Shown here: one piece after another, positions 49,791 through 62,145 of the stretch
How the letters are laid out: each line of letters begins with the position of its first letter
How positions within the stretch are numbered: the stretch's first letter is position 1
NCBI GenBank assembly: GCA_030264375.1
Contig: JASCQW010000098.1
Span: forward strand, 45,734,803-45,798,802
DNA: 64,000 nucleotides
Reading direction: 5' to 3'
From: Carcharhinus longimanus
Taxonomy: Eukaryota
Made by a program: the position numbers and the translations under genes
Notes under the pieces: generated by a model
Told to the model about the DNA's origin: nothing
The model's input: only the letters and a program-made list of their open reading frames with translations
The model's database searches: none

Positions 49791-52029
49791 TCAGCCATGC
49801 ACTGATGTGAAACCCGTGTGATACACAAATTAATTAAAGGGAGCTAAAATTTGTGGATTATAAACCAGTTAGTTTGATGTTGTTTGCAGACAAGTTGCTA
49901 GAAAGACCTATTAAAATTGCACAGTATGACTGAGCAACAATTATTAGGAACTCTCAAGAGTTTGCAAACTGGAGGTACTGCCTATTTCATGGTCAAATTA
50001 CTTGAAAATGTGACCAAGTTAGTGAATGTTGGTAACCTGGCAGAGACTTGATTTCCAAAAAAAGCTTTGGGTAGACTGCCAGAGAGACAGCTTTAAGTAA
50101 GGCTGCATTCTGTGGGACTGCATTTTAAGATGCATTGTGAATTTATTAGAGTTGTTCAGATAGCTATCAGTGATGGCAGGTCTATATGGGATACGGTCAC
50201 TTGTGAAGTTTCATGGGAATCAGTGATTGGAAAACATTTATTTTCATTATCATTGGCAATAACATGGACTAAAAACATCAGCAGCACAGTCTTCAATTTT
50301 CTGATGATAATCTGTGTGGGGGAATTAGGACTTCACCCAAAAATAAATTAACGGCAGGCTGATTCAGATATAAATGGCAAGATGATTCCTGTATCTCCAG
50401 TCTTCTTTCACAGCCACATGCTTTCATCGTGATATCAATTCAAGACAATGAAAACAAATAGTCGAAATGGATACCAGGCTCACAGAAACAAGCATTGGAG
50501 CTCATCAGTAGCTCGCTCTGTGGAAAATGCACCAGGTGACATTGTATTGAACCATACAGATCAGGAAGATCTCATGTTCGGCACCTGCCATTAAATATGT
50601 TGATCTTGGGGCAGCAAGCTGATGTATTAGAAATATTTCTACATTAGGGAAGGAGAATAATTGTGATTGTTGCTCCTCTTGGGCCGCTATTTGTCAAGGG
50701 AACCCATAGCCTGGATCTGCTGCCAAAAGTGTGCCAGTCCCACTCCTGTCACTTGAGCAGTCATTTTCAGAACAGTCCCAGTTGCCATCACAATGCAAAT
50801 GCTGCAGGAGGTCTGGGATGCTTTGCACACCCTCACTTCATCTGTCTGAGATGCTGTGACATAATTATGCTGTCTGTTCTCATTGGCTAACCTGTGGCTG
50901 CTGTACCCCATGTACAGCCTGTTGTAAGCTGTAATGCCTTTGAGCGCGGAACCCCTTGGAACCCACTTTGCTGCAGAGGAAGACCAGCAGCTTCACTGCA
51001 GTATCTAATTCAGGAGGAAGTTTGCTACCAAACACCCAACTGCAGTTTGGAGAGATTTCTGATTGCATGCTATTGACCTGTAGTGTTGAGAGGATTAATC
51101 TTGGCTCTAATCCTCCATGATCAACATAGCTTGTTTAACCTCAGTCTGGGCTCTCATATGAAGAACTGCACTCCACTGTGAGTCACTGCTCTCAGAAGAG
51201 TAAGGCAGAAATTTCAGGAAAGCCAATGTGTTGCAAATGATAGGTGGGGAGGGAAGAAATTGTACATTAAAGTGGTTTAAGTGAATGCCCAATCAGTTCC
51301 ACACATTTGTTTATGCTTCTGTATTGAGAAACCGAAAATTATTAGAAACAGAAATAACTTGTGAAGCAGCAGCTTATAATGTACAGCAATGGCATTCAAT
51401 CTGATCTGAATGAATTGATTGTGATCTATTTATTTAGATCTATGTGAAGCCAAAATAAACGCATTGTCAATGTTATATATTGATATCAGAGTACAGCTGG
51501 TTTATCAGCACAATTCAAACAGTAATAGGACATTTGTCTTCTTAATTTATTCTATGTTTTTGCCTTTGGACCTGAAGCCACTGATTCATGCTAGGATATA
51601 GTTCCAGGGGCACTAGCAGGTATCTAATACATCTCTGAAATATCTGTTAGTAACGGGTGAGTACTGCCCATCAGAATTGGTGCATGGCTGCTGCCAGTTG
51701 TAATCTTGTCCTCACTTAACCTCACAAACATGAACACTTTCCAGCAGAGGTCACTAACAACTGGCAGCATGGACTTAGGCTGATATTTTTCCTCTCTTTT
51801 GGAGCCTCTAGCCTCAGGATGATGATGCCCACACCTCAGAATAGCTGTGATCAGCCAACATAATACTGATCTTGGAGCAAATCCATTATTTCCCTGGGCG
51901 TAGAGGCTTGTCACAATGCTGGAAGTTTTGATTTAATTTACTTGATGAATCTCCTGAATTTGTTTGCTGGGGTCTCCCAATACTCAGCAAGATTATTGAG
52001 TATTAGGGAAGTTTGATGCTTGGTACAGA

Positions 52030-52250
52030 AAAAAAGCAAAATACTGTAAAGTTGAATTGAAAAATAAAAATTCTGGAACTGTTCAGCAAATCGGCAGCAT
52101 CTGTGGACAGCAAAATTGAGTTAACGTTTCAGTTCAGTGACCTTTCAGCAGGACCCTTGAAAGATCACAGACCTGAAGCGTTAATGCAGTTTGTCTCTCC
52201 ATAGATGCTGCCTGACATGCTGAATATTTGCAGCATTTTACGTTTTTAAT
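52030..52250. mobile_element. Palindromic Penelope-like family B remnant
   Basis: Arms ggcagcatctgtgga..gagttaacgtttcag and ctgaagcgttaa..ctccatagatgctgcc, with decayed hammerhead halves at the centre. Another copy lies at 52920-53122. Confidence 0.65.
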
Positions 52251-53221
52251 TAAGTTTGATCTCTGCCTGTGCAGCACCATCTGATATCAGCTGTACTGGC
52301 AAACCTTTAACCTCACTTGGATTAGGAAGGGGAAATTTCATTAAGGTTTCCATCCTGATCACAATCCAATGATCTGTGCTCCAGTTGAAAATGTGCAGGT
52401 TTTGAGTGAGGAGAGGATTGAACTCAGCTGTAGTGCTTCCCTGAGGTTGAATACATGTAGTTTACCCACACTCATTGACAAAGGTCACTCGGGAGTAATG
52501 GCATCTTATGTGAGATTCTAAAGGAAGCCGAGTGACCCAGCCAAGACCAAATTTCTTCAGGAAACAAATTGTAGGAGGAAAGGAAGAATATAAAATTTTC
52601 TATGATAAATCTTTTACTATGATTATTATTCCTCACAAATAAAGTGTGGTTTATTCTAATTTAGCTTTATATACAAATAGATCAATTTATGTTTTATTTT
52701 AAAAATCTGATTTTTTTCCCCTTCCCTCATTATATAATATTCATCCTGGATTTCCCAACATTTGAAGATTTTGTGTGTTAAGCAATGATTTTATGACTTG
52801 TAAGGCACTCTGGAGCTGCAAGTTGATAAGATAACCACAGATAACATTCCACAGAGTCCACCATGTGTGCCCTGTATTTAAAATTACAATTAGTAAAAAG
52901 GTTAGAGTTTTATATTAAAAAGAAACAAAATATTGCAGAAGCTGGGTAATATGAAATAAAAACAGGAAATGCTACATAAACTCAGCAGATCTGGCAGCAT
53001 CTGTGGAGAGAGAAATGCAGTTAATGTAATCCTTGGGTCATATAGACTCTAATGTTAATTGTGTTTCCCTTTCTGCAGATGCTACTGCTGAGTTTATTGA
53101 GCATTTTCTGTTTTTATTTTAGAATTATATGATAATTGGTCAAGAGGATATTTTGCCATTTGGAGAGAGATCTACTATATGCTTAGATATTAGTCCTAAG
53201 ATATGGCGACATTGCGACTGT

Positions 53222-53484
53222 CATAAGAACATAAGAACATAAGAAATAGGAGCAGGAGTAGGCCATCTGGCCCTTCGAGCCTGCCCCGCCATTNNNNNNN
53301 NNNNNNNNNNNNNNNNNNNNNNNNNNNNNNNNNNNNNNNNNNNNNNNNNNNNNNNNNNNNNNNNNNNNNNNNNNNNNNNNNNNNNNNNNNNNNAAGATCC
53401 GCCACTGCTCCTCAGCAGACCCTCCCTCCAATGCACTCCCCCAGTCCACATTTGCCAATTCTTCTCTCATTTTTACGTACATCA
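53222..53484 (-). mobile_element. Young CR1, collapsed by a 100-N gap
   Basis: The 5' side encodes YVKMREELANVDWGSALEGGSAEEQWRI (CR1 ORF2 just after the endonuclease). The 3' tail carries (ttcttatg)3. Confidence 0.88.
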
Positions 53485-53622
53485 AAATGAATTTTATGAC
53501 AAAGTAAATTCAACAGGTTATCAAAAAATGTATTAGTAACAAAGTAACATCAGAAACAGAAAAGAACTAAGCTGGTTTTTAGTTCCAAGTTTTCTTTTCG
53601 ACACCTCACAAAAACGGGCATT

Positions 53623-53955
53623 TTGTTTGCCAGTAATTAATGGGTTTCTAAATACAACAATCACACAGTTCCCTCAGAGGAACATCTTCAAGATGTTTCA
53701 GTCCTTGTTAACTAGTTTTGACTTCTTCTTGTATTTCCCTGTCTTGGGCCACATCTGAGATTTCTAACGCGATGATGTAATGTCTGTCGAAGGCCTTGAC
53801 TCTGCCGAGCAGCTTCTTGTTGTTGTGACAGTTGATGAGGACCTGTGTGTTATTTTTGATGTACGTGTCAGAACAGAATGTGTTAAGCTCTGCCTCCTTT
53901 CGCTCCTGAAGCTCATCCGGAGTCATCTCACTCTTGGACCGGTTAGCAGACTCAT
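53623..53955 (-). pseudogene. SNRPD2: Processed pseudogene of small nuclear ribonucleoprotein Sm D2
   Basis: ATG at 53955, then MSLL-(frameshift)[20 protein letters not shown]..[72 protein letters not shown]. It spans the whole Sm D2 protein with no intron. It has frameshifts, short deletions and two TGA stops at Arg positions. Confidence 0.95.
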
Positions 53956-55003
53956 GTTGCCTGATGTCTGCTCACTGCCTTTTTAGTGTAATAACACAAG
54001 CTATCAATTAAGTTTGATAACACGGAACAAAACTGGCCTGTTCCATATCTTATATCTTTACCATCAGAAATCTGTTGCCATCACGCTGCCTTACTTTCCT
54101 TGAAATGTACGGCAAATGATTTCAGGAAGTACAGGAGAAATCCCACGGTTAAATCTGTTTTAAGGACACAATGTCAGCTGTGGTCAAATTTGCACAACAT
54201 TTCTGAAAACATCTCTGAAATGCATATTAATGTTTTCAGTTAGGTCTGTTTCAAAAAAATCTCCATGTAATTGGTCAGGATATCTTAGTTTCAGTTCCTT
54301 ATTAGAATATTAGGGTCATGAGGTATACAAACACTGACATAACCAGTTGCACTGATATCTTGTAATTACCATAGGCTGAATTGTATAGTAAGGGCAGGCT
54401 TGCCACACCCCACTTAAATGTCAGAAGCTAATTTTTTTGGCCCTGACATTGAATTATTATGAGACAAGACTTTCTTCCCATTCTAGGAGGAAGTCCTCAT
54501 GAAGCTGCTGATCAATCACAGGCTGGCAGCTCCACAGCACTGATTGTGCTACAGGAACAGTGGCCATTGCCAGTACTGCACTGAGAACATTGAGGATGAG
54601 TTCACTGATGGACTGCACTTCCAGGTAAATCCAAGATCTGGCTGGGGCCAGGCTGGCATCCTAGCAAGGGGCTGTGGGAACATGTTGGACAAAGTAGGGG
54701 AGTGGGTGAAAGTGGGAGGTAAAACTTGGAGGTAAAACTTGGGAGGGATCTTGACTGGCACAAGAGACCTAGAAAGGAGGCAACTGCCTACATTCCAGTG
54801 GCCTGCAGCGTCAGACCTGTTGAGCTGCACATTGGGGTTAGGCTTTGCCCTCTGTCCATTGAATCTGACTTACTGTCCTGTCTGGAGACAATACACATCT
54901 CTTTAACCTATGCTTAATGCTATCTGCACTCACATTGTCTGCACCTTTAAGACTTGAATAGCAGATTAGCTGTAAAGACTCACATTCTAATCAGTATTCT
55001 GTA

Positions 55004-55566
55004 NNNNNNNNNNNNNNNNNNNNNNNNNNNNNNNNNNNNNNNNNNNNNNNNNNNNNNNNNNNNNNNNNNNNNNNNNNNNNNNNNNNNNNNNNNNNNNNNN
55101 NNNNNNNNNNNNNNNNNNNNNNNNNNNNNNNNNNNNNNNNNNNNNNNNNNNNNNNNNNNNNNNNNNNNNNNNNNNNNNNNNNNNNNNNNNNNNNNNNNNN
55201 NNNNNNNNNNNNNNNNNNNNNNNNNNNNNNNNNNNNNNNNNNNNNNNNNNNNNNNNNNNNNNNNNNNNNNNNNNNNNNNNNNNNNNNNNNNNNNNNNNNN
55301 NNNNNNNNNNNNNNNNNNNNNNNNNNNNNNNNNNNNNNNNNNNNNNNNNNNNNNNNNNNNNNNNNNNNNNNNNNNNNNNNNNNNNNNNNNNNNNNNNNNN
55401 NNNNNNNNNNNNNNNNNNNNNNNNNNNNNNNNNNNNNNNNNNNNNNNNNNNNNNNNNNNNNNNNNNNNNNNNNNNNNNNNNNNNNNNNNNNNNNNNNNNN
55501 NNNNNNNNNNNNNNNNNNNNNNNNNNNNNNNNNNNNNNNNNNNNNNNNNNNNNNNNNNNNNNNNNN
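55004..55566. other. Assembly gap (others at 1772-1780, 13051-13150, 23330-23429, 33387-33486, 37390-37489, 45004-45103, 53294-53393, 57755-57854, 63239-63338)
   Basis: Runs of N. Confidence 0.99.
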
Positions 55567-55773
55567 CCCATGACTTGCCTGGGCTTGCAACATCTCACTT
55601 ACTGTCCTATCTGGAGACAATACACATCTCTTTAACCTATGCTTAATGCTATCTCCACTCACCTTGTCTGCACCTTTAAGACTTGATTAGCTATAAAGAC
55701 GCGCATTCTAATCAGTATTCTGTAAATTGAGTATGTGTTTTTATGTGCCCTGTTTGTGATCAGAACTCCCCAC

Positions 55774-55811
55774 TCACCTGATGAAGGGGCAGAGCCCCCA
55801 AAAGCTAGTGG
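55774..55811 (+). ncRNA. Minimal type I hammerhead motif, G12>A mutant
   Basis: Reads tcac CTGATGA a ggggc aga gcccc c AAAA gct a gtgg. Confidence 0.6.
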
Positions 55812-57676
55812 TGTTTACTACCAAATAAAACTATTGGACTTTAACCTGGTGTTGTGAGACTTCCTACTATTTTACGGGTCCACCTGCCTGCAAACATGCC
55901 TGCAATTGGTCTGCAAAATCCAAAAGAGATGGTAATGGGAGGGAGCTCAACACCCCACCAGAATATTAAGTAGCCGAATATACTGAGGAATTTCTTGATA
56001 TTAATGGGATAAGTATGTGTAGACCGTGCCTGCCAGACTCAGTGATGTTGATCCTGCCACAGTTCTCAGTTACTGCTGATTAACTCTCACTTGGCATCCG
56101 AATTTCAGCCTATCAATGGTGTCAGAACAATACATTTGTATCTGTGAATAGGATGGTCCATTATAACTATAAACCAATCAGTTGTGAGAGTAAGTGCACA
56201 ATCTTCAACCACTGATATTGAATAATATCCAGACTGATAAAATGAATCCCACCAGATGCATACATATAATATACGTATACACACACACACGTGTTTTAGT
56301 TATGCTTTAGGTCTGAGTTCTACTTGTGAGCTATATACACCTATTTTTAGGTTTGAAACTTGGTTGCCTTGTTTCAACTACAACAATTCCAGAACCATGC
56401 AGGTGGTTTTAAAGGTAAACGTTTTCCAACATTGTATTTACTTTGGAGGTTTTGTTCTGGGCTTGCATCTGATTCAGTCTGTGAAAGTGTCAATCAGACT
56501 GACTTGGTCAAGTTGGAGAGGGCTGATAGCCCCCATAGATCAATGCCCACTCAGTGAAGGGAAAGACACTTGGTTCATCCCATGGTTTGATTAACATTAT
56601 AATTATTGGAGTTGCCTATTACTATAACAGTGCTAATATGATTTTGCATATATTGAGGTGAGCATCAGGATTTATTGTCCTGCTGGTTGTGTGACCGTGT
56701 TATGCATGCCGTAGGAGTCACATTCCATGTTATTTAAACATGTGTAAGTAATGTTTTGAATCATTATTCAGATTTTGTAAATTGTACACTGCTGATTATG
56801 GATTGTTTTCCACAAGGAGTGAATATTATCCATGTATAGTTGTGCATCAAAGATATATGAACCTCTAAGTCATAATTAATTAACAATGCAGCCAGAAATT
56901 GGAGACCATGTATGTTTACTAGCTGATTGGCATTGAAGGTGAGTTTGCCATATTCATTCCATAGTAGAAAATGGTTACAGCGCAGAATCAAAGCATTTGA
57001 CCAATAGTCTGGGATTTTTGACATGGCTTGGGCAAGGCTCGTAAAGTCCTGCCTGAGGCCAACGGAGAATTCCATTCTGTGAGTCTCTGGTAAAATTCTG
57101 GCCATCGTGTCTGTGCCAGTTCCCTGTAAGAACCACTCAGCTAGTCCCAATGCTCAGCCTATTTGCCATAGCTCTGCATATTTTTTTCTCTTCAGATTTT
57201 TAAGTTTGAAGTTTATTTATTAGTATCACAAGTAATAATATATATGGGTCATCAACTTCCTGATGATCCGAGAGGATTAGATATACAGTCATCAATACTC
57301 TTCCAATTGTTTTTGAAGCTATAAACTATTTTACCAGCTCAAACGACACAAATTTTATTGTATGGTTAGTGTTGTTTTGGTTGGGGAAAGGAGTACCCAT
57401 TTGTTAACATTCAGTACAAAGAAATATGGACCCTTACATCTTTTGTGTTAGCCATCCCTGCTGTATCTTTGATATTCCGGTCCCACCATGGGATGTGATG
57501 AGCCATTCAAATCTCTATTGACTTTCATGGGACCAGAAGATCCTGTTGGTGTGAAAATCCCACCCAGTATCTTTCATCCACATTCACTGATATCTTTACT
57601 TCCCAATATCTAGCTCATATTTTAAATTTTTTGTTTGACCTCCGGTTATGGCCTTCTGGGTTGTTGCGTTATATGT

Positions 57677-57995
57677 GCATAAGAAACATAAGAAATAGGA
57701 GCAGGAGTAGGCCATCTAGCCCTTCGAGCCTGCCCTGCCATTCAATAAGATCATNNNNNNNNNNNNNNNNNNNNNNNNNNNNNNNNNNNNNNNNNNNNNN
57801 NNNNNNNNNNNNNNNNNNNNNNNNNNNNNNNNNNNNNNNNNNNNNNNNNNNNNNCCCGTGACTTAAATATATTCAGCGAGGTAGCCTCCACCACTTCAAC
57901 AGGCAGAGAATTCCAGAGATTCACCACCCTTCGAGTGAAGAAGTTCCTCCTCAACTCCGTTCTAAACTGCGCCCCCCCCTTATCTTGAGGCTGTG
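57677..57995 (-). mobile_element. Young CR1 3' end with a gap
   Basis: Peptide RRNFFTRRVVNLWNSLPVEVVEATSLNIFKS, plus the cataagaaa tail. Confidence 0.9.
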
Positions 57996-59011
57996 CTTAG
58001 AGGTCTATGTATGAAGATTTTTTTTCCTGGATTTTATTTTAGCAGGTTTAACAATTCCACTCACCTTGGTTCTCAGCATGTTGCAGAGCTCCCTCTAAGA
58101 GGAGGTAATCGGAAAGGGCAGAGAAAAATTAAAAGGGGATCCATCACCTGACAAAATTTAAAAGTGGTTCATACTAAATCAAAATAATTTGAAAGCACCT
58201 GAATATACCGATAATCAGGTGAGAGAAGGCTAACAGTTAATGTCAAAAGGAAGCGGGAATTAGAAGGAACACCTGAGAGAAGTTAACTAAAGCACTCGAG
58301 AGAAATAAATGAAGTACCCAAGGGAAATATAAACAAGTGAAGACATGAGGGAAGATAAATTAAAAAAGGAGCACCTAGCCAGAACAAATTTAAAACAAAA
58401 GCAGCTGAATGAAATACAATTAGGATGGAAGCAATGACTTATGTTTCCAAATTATATGGTTGGATTTGATGGAAGAAATTGAAATCACAAGATGCTTTGT
58501 TGAAGTGCGTTGGAGAAAAACTATTTCCAGTGGTTGGCAGGTCAATGGGAAGTGTTCTTGAATTTAAAATTATCCTGACGACTCGGTGCCACATTCCTCA
58601 TCGTTGGCCTAAAGGCGGATGCTGCTTAAAAAGTCTAATTGCCTATTGAGGTCAACAAGGGAGCAAACTGATACTTTGCTTTTTCTTCTTGGGTAATATG
58701 GGAATCATGACATTGTTCATCCTCGAGGATTGTTAGCTAACTACCATCCTTTGATATTCAGTGGCATTTCCATTGCCCAGTTCTCTTACCATTAACACCC
58801 TTTGGGTCACTATTGACCAGAAGCTTAACTAGACTAGTCACATAAATGCCATGTCTACTCGAGCAACTCAGGCATTCTACAGCAAATGTGATTCACTACA
58901 TAGTTCTCAAAATCCTCTGAGGCATAAGTCAGGTGAGTAACAGAATATTCCCCATTCTCCTGGATGGCTACAGCTCCAACAACACTCGAAGTTCAACATG
59001 ATCCATGACAA

Positions 59012-59480
59012 AACTGCTTCTTCTCCTCCTTTGGCAGTCCATTCTTGCTTCCACTCTGGGGAGGTGGGTACTGCAGTGGCTGATTAGTTCAATCCTGGAG
59101 CCACAGACTGTCCTACAAGTTTGGCAGGTGGTGTTTGATGAGGTGGATGGGTTGGACACTGTGGATTCTGCACTCTCTTTCTAGTTGGCCTCTGCGTGCT
59201 CCACTCGGTGAACTTGAGGGGATTGGCATCTTCACCAATTTGTGCATTCCAAGACAAGTGATTCAGGTGTCAGTGAGGATGGTGCATTTATATAGAGGGG
59301 CTTTCAGAGTGCCTTTGTAGAGTTTTGTCTGCCGTCATAGTGATTGTTTGCCATTGCAGAGCTCAGCTCAGAGCAGAGCACTTATTTCAGGTGCCTTGCG
59401 TCGGGCAAGCGGTCAGTGTGGCCCACTCATTGCAGCTGGTGGAGCATGAGAAGAGAAAGTTGGTGAGGAGGAAGATGAGG
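59012..59480 (-). mobile_element. RTE-clade LINE 3' fragment
   Basis: C-terminal zinc-finger-like TCQTCRTVCGSRIELISHCSTH, then ggactgccaaaggaggagaagaag (short UTR with a GAA-like tail), with an upstream QLQ*VGH (LRWAGH-like) remnant. Confidence 0.7.
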
Positions 59481-61034
59481 GCTCCAATAATTATTTCATT
59501 GTCAATGACAAAACGTAGCGTCTTGAGACAAGGCCATATAAAGGTTCAAACAACAGCTTTGTCCACGTTCCTCTGCCATAACCCTTCAACACTACCATCC
59601 ACCCCTCCCCCTGCAATTTCCCCAATTGGGCTATTTGTTTTCTCACCAGCCTGGATCCTGCTTTCCCATTCTGTCGGAATAAGATACTGTGAGTGGAGAC
59701 GTGCTATCCAGTAACGCTGGAGAAATAAGAAGTTGGTGAGGATGTGTCACATTTGCAGTACAGCAAAAGAGAAACCTGTACCTTGCTTCAGAGTTGTGAG
59801 ACTCCATAACTCAACTGAAAAAAATGGCGCAGTATTCATGCAGACTCTGTGCTCAGTCTCTGAGGAATTTCTGCAGCTCCCAGCTGTGACTACAGCTATA
59901 ATCCATAGTCTTCATTTATAGTAACATTGAGGAAGCTTTTGCTTCATCGCATGCATCAATGGAGCAGATAGTCACTTTGTTTAATTGTGTAGCAGTCCCC
60001 TAGTAATGAGCCTGGACTAGTTAGGAACATACTACAGAAGTACAGGATGCTGCTCTGGTGGCAATAGGGGGCAGATTATGCATCACTCTTTCAGGCACTG
60101 GGAGAACGGGGTGCAAGCTGACATTTTTCAGGATATGATAGCTGGTCACTGGGGATATAGTTTCAGGACTCAGTGGAATGCTGGAGGTGACCTGCATGAG
60201 ATGCTGTTTCTTTAAGACATTAAATATGCTAGGCATCCAGCCTTTTTCCTTAGCAGACCACACAAGTAATATTTGGGATATGACACCAGGCTGTTGCTAT
60301 GCATATACAAATAAATTAAAAAGCCTGTCAGTGGCCTGATGAATATTCCTGGTGATGTCGTTTGGCTTTGAACGGTTGTCTGAAATGAATCTGTGCATAA
60401 AAGTTGAGTTTACTTGCCCCTGGTACAGCTCCCCAATTACCTGTTCATTGAAGTTTGCATCTAAAAGTCTTCCCTGAGAACATTTCTACAATCTATGTGC
60501 CAAGTTTGAGACCATTTTCACAATGAGCAATCAGTGCATAGAATATTATCTTGGAATGGAAGTGAAAACCTTGCAAATCCTTTAAGACCCAATTTTTTGG
60601 TGCAATGGGGGCCTTTAGGATTACCCTGGTTGGATCAAGTTGCTTTCATCCATAATTATCTTCTGATTTTGTAATTTCTAAGATTACATCCTTTTGCTGT
60701 GGATTTGTCCACCAGAGGAAACAAGTGTTTGCTATTTACTTTGCATATGCCCTTCATTACATAGTTATGGTTTATGTAATTAAGTCACAGGAAAGATCAT
60801 CATCTGTGTCTCTTCCCAGATACTCCCTTTGGTTTTGTGCTTTTGCACTAAAGCAATATTCTCCTTTGTTTTAAACATTATCTCTATTCGTATAGACTCT
60901 GAGGATAACTAGCACCACTCTTCATATGAAGTGGAAAGTTTGGATTTGTATTAATATGTGTACACTGCCAAATGTGTGTTTTTGTTGAGCCCAGTTTACA
61001 GAGAAGATTTGGAATTGGGTTAAAGTCCAGCGCT

Positions 61035-61885
61035 CTCAGAATTACGGAATTGTTACAGTGCTGAAGGAGGCCATTTGGCCCATTTGTGTCTGCTCTGCAT
61101 TATGGCTGGTGCCATTCCCCTGCCTTTTCCCCATATTGTTTCTAATCAAATAATCATCTAATGCTCTCTTGAATGCCCCAATTGAACCTGCCTCCACCAC
61201 ACTTTCCAGGCAGTGCGTTCCAAACCTGAACCATTTGTTGTGTGGAAAAGTTTTTTCTCATATCACATTTGCTTATTTTTCAAATCACTTTGAATTTGTG
61301 CCCTCTCATTTTTGATCCTTTTACGAGCAGGGACGTTTTTTCTCTATCTATGCTGCCTAATCCCCTCATGATTTTGAACATCTCTATCAAATCTCTTCTC
61401 AGTTGGCTTCTCCCCAAGAAGAATGGTCTCAGTCCGATCTATCCTCATAAATGAAGTTTTTCATCCCCAGAACCATTCTTGTATATTTGTCCTGCACTTT
61501 TCCCAGTGCATTGATGACCTTCCTATAATGCGGTGCCCAGAACTGTAACAATATTCTAGCTGAGGTCTAACTAGGGACTTGTATAAGTTCACCATTACCT
61601 TCTTGCTCTTGTACCCCATGCCCCTATTAATAAAACCCAGAATACTGTATGCTTTATTAACTGCTCTCTCCACCTGTACTGCCACCTTCAGTGATCTACA
61701 CACACATACACCCAGGCTCCTCTGCTCCTGCAGTCCTTTTTCGAATTTTGCCCCTTATTTTATATTGTCTCTCTCAAATGCATTATCCCACACTTCTCCA
61801 CATTGAACTTCACCTGCCACCTATCTGCCCACTCTACCAATTTGTCAATGTCCTGCTAAAGTTCTACACTGTCATCTTTACTGAA
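61035..61885 (-). mobile_element. CR1 3' portion
   Basis: Peptide SLKVAVQVERAVNKAYSILGFINRGMGYKSKKVMVNLYKSLVRPQLEYC; the tail gaattgttacagtgctgaaggaggccatttggccc is on the + strand. Confidence 0.88.
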
Positions 61886-61899
61886 TAAAATACCAACAA

Positions 61900-62145
61900 G
61901 TGGTGGGGGGAGCACCATTTTAGAATTAGCAGTTGCCCTTATAGGACAGAGATCAGGAGAAATTGATGCTCTTAAAAGGTTATATGACTTTGGAATGCTC
62001 TAGGCAAGAGAATCATAGATTATTGGGGGACGAGGTGGACATGTAGAACTCAATGCAAACTGACAGCCATGATCTCATTGAATGGCAAAACAGGCTTGAA
62101 GGACTGAATGGCTGACTTCTGCTCCTATTTCATATATCTGTATGT
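61900..62145 (+). mobile_element. Decayed CR1 3' tail
   Basis: Reads cagccatgatctcattgaatggcaaaacaggcttgaaggactgaatggctgacttctgctcctatttc. Confidence 0.7.

Larger units (their letters stand above)
54866..55870 (+). mobile_element. Penelope-like family A, tandem direct repeat of the 3' region around a gap of about 560 N
   Basis: cttactgtcctgtctggagacaatacacatctctttaacctatgcttaatgctatc occurs on both sides of the gap (about 54869 and 55598); homologous to 23035-23325. Confidence 0.8.

Noticed and set aside
53708-53926. 72-aa ORF as a functional Sm D2 gene
   Set aside because: It is one frame of a pseudogene. The true start is frameshifted, and the C-terminal part lies in another frame with two stops.
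54954-55662. Longest ORFs in the track (203-230 aa)
   Set aside because: They are artefacts of reading through N runs.
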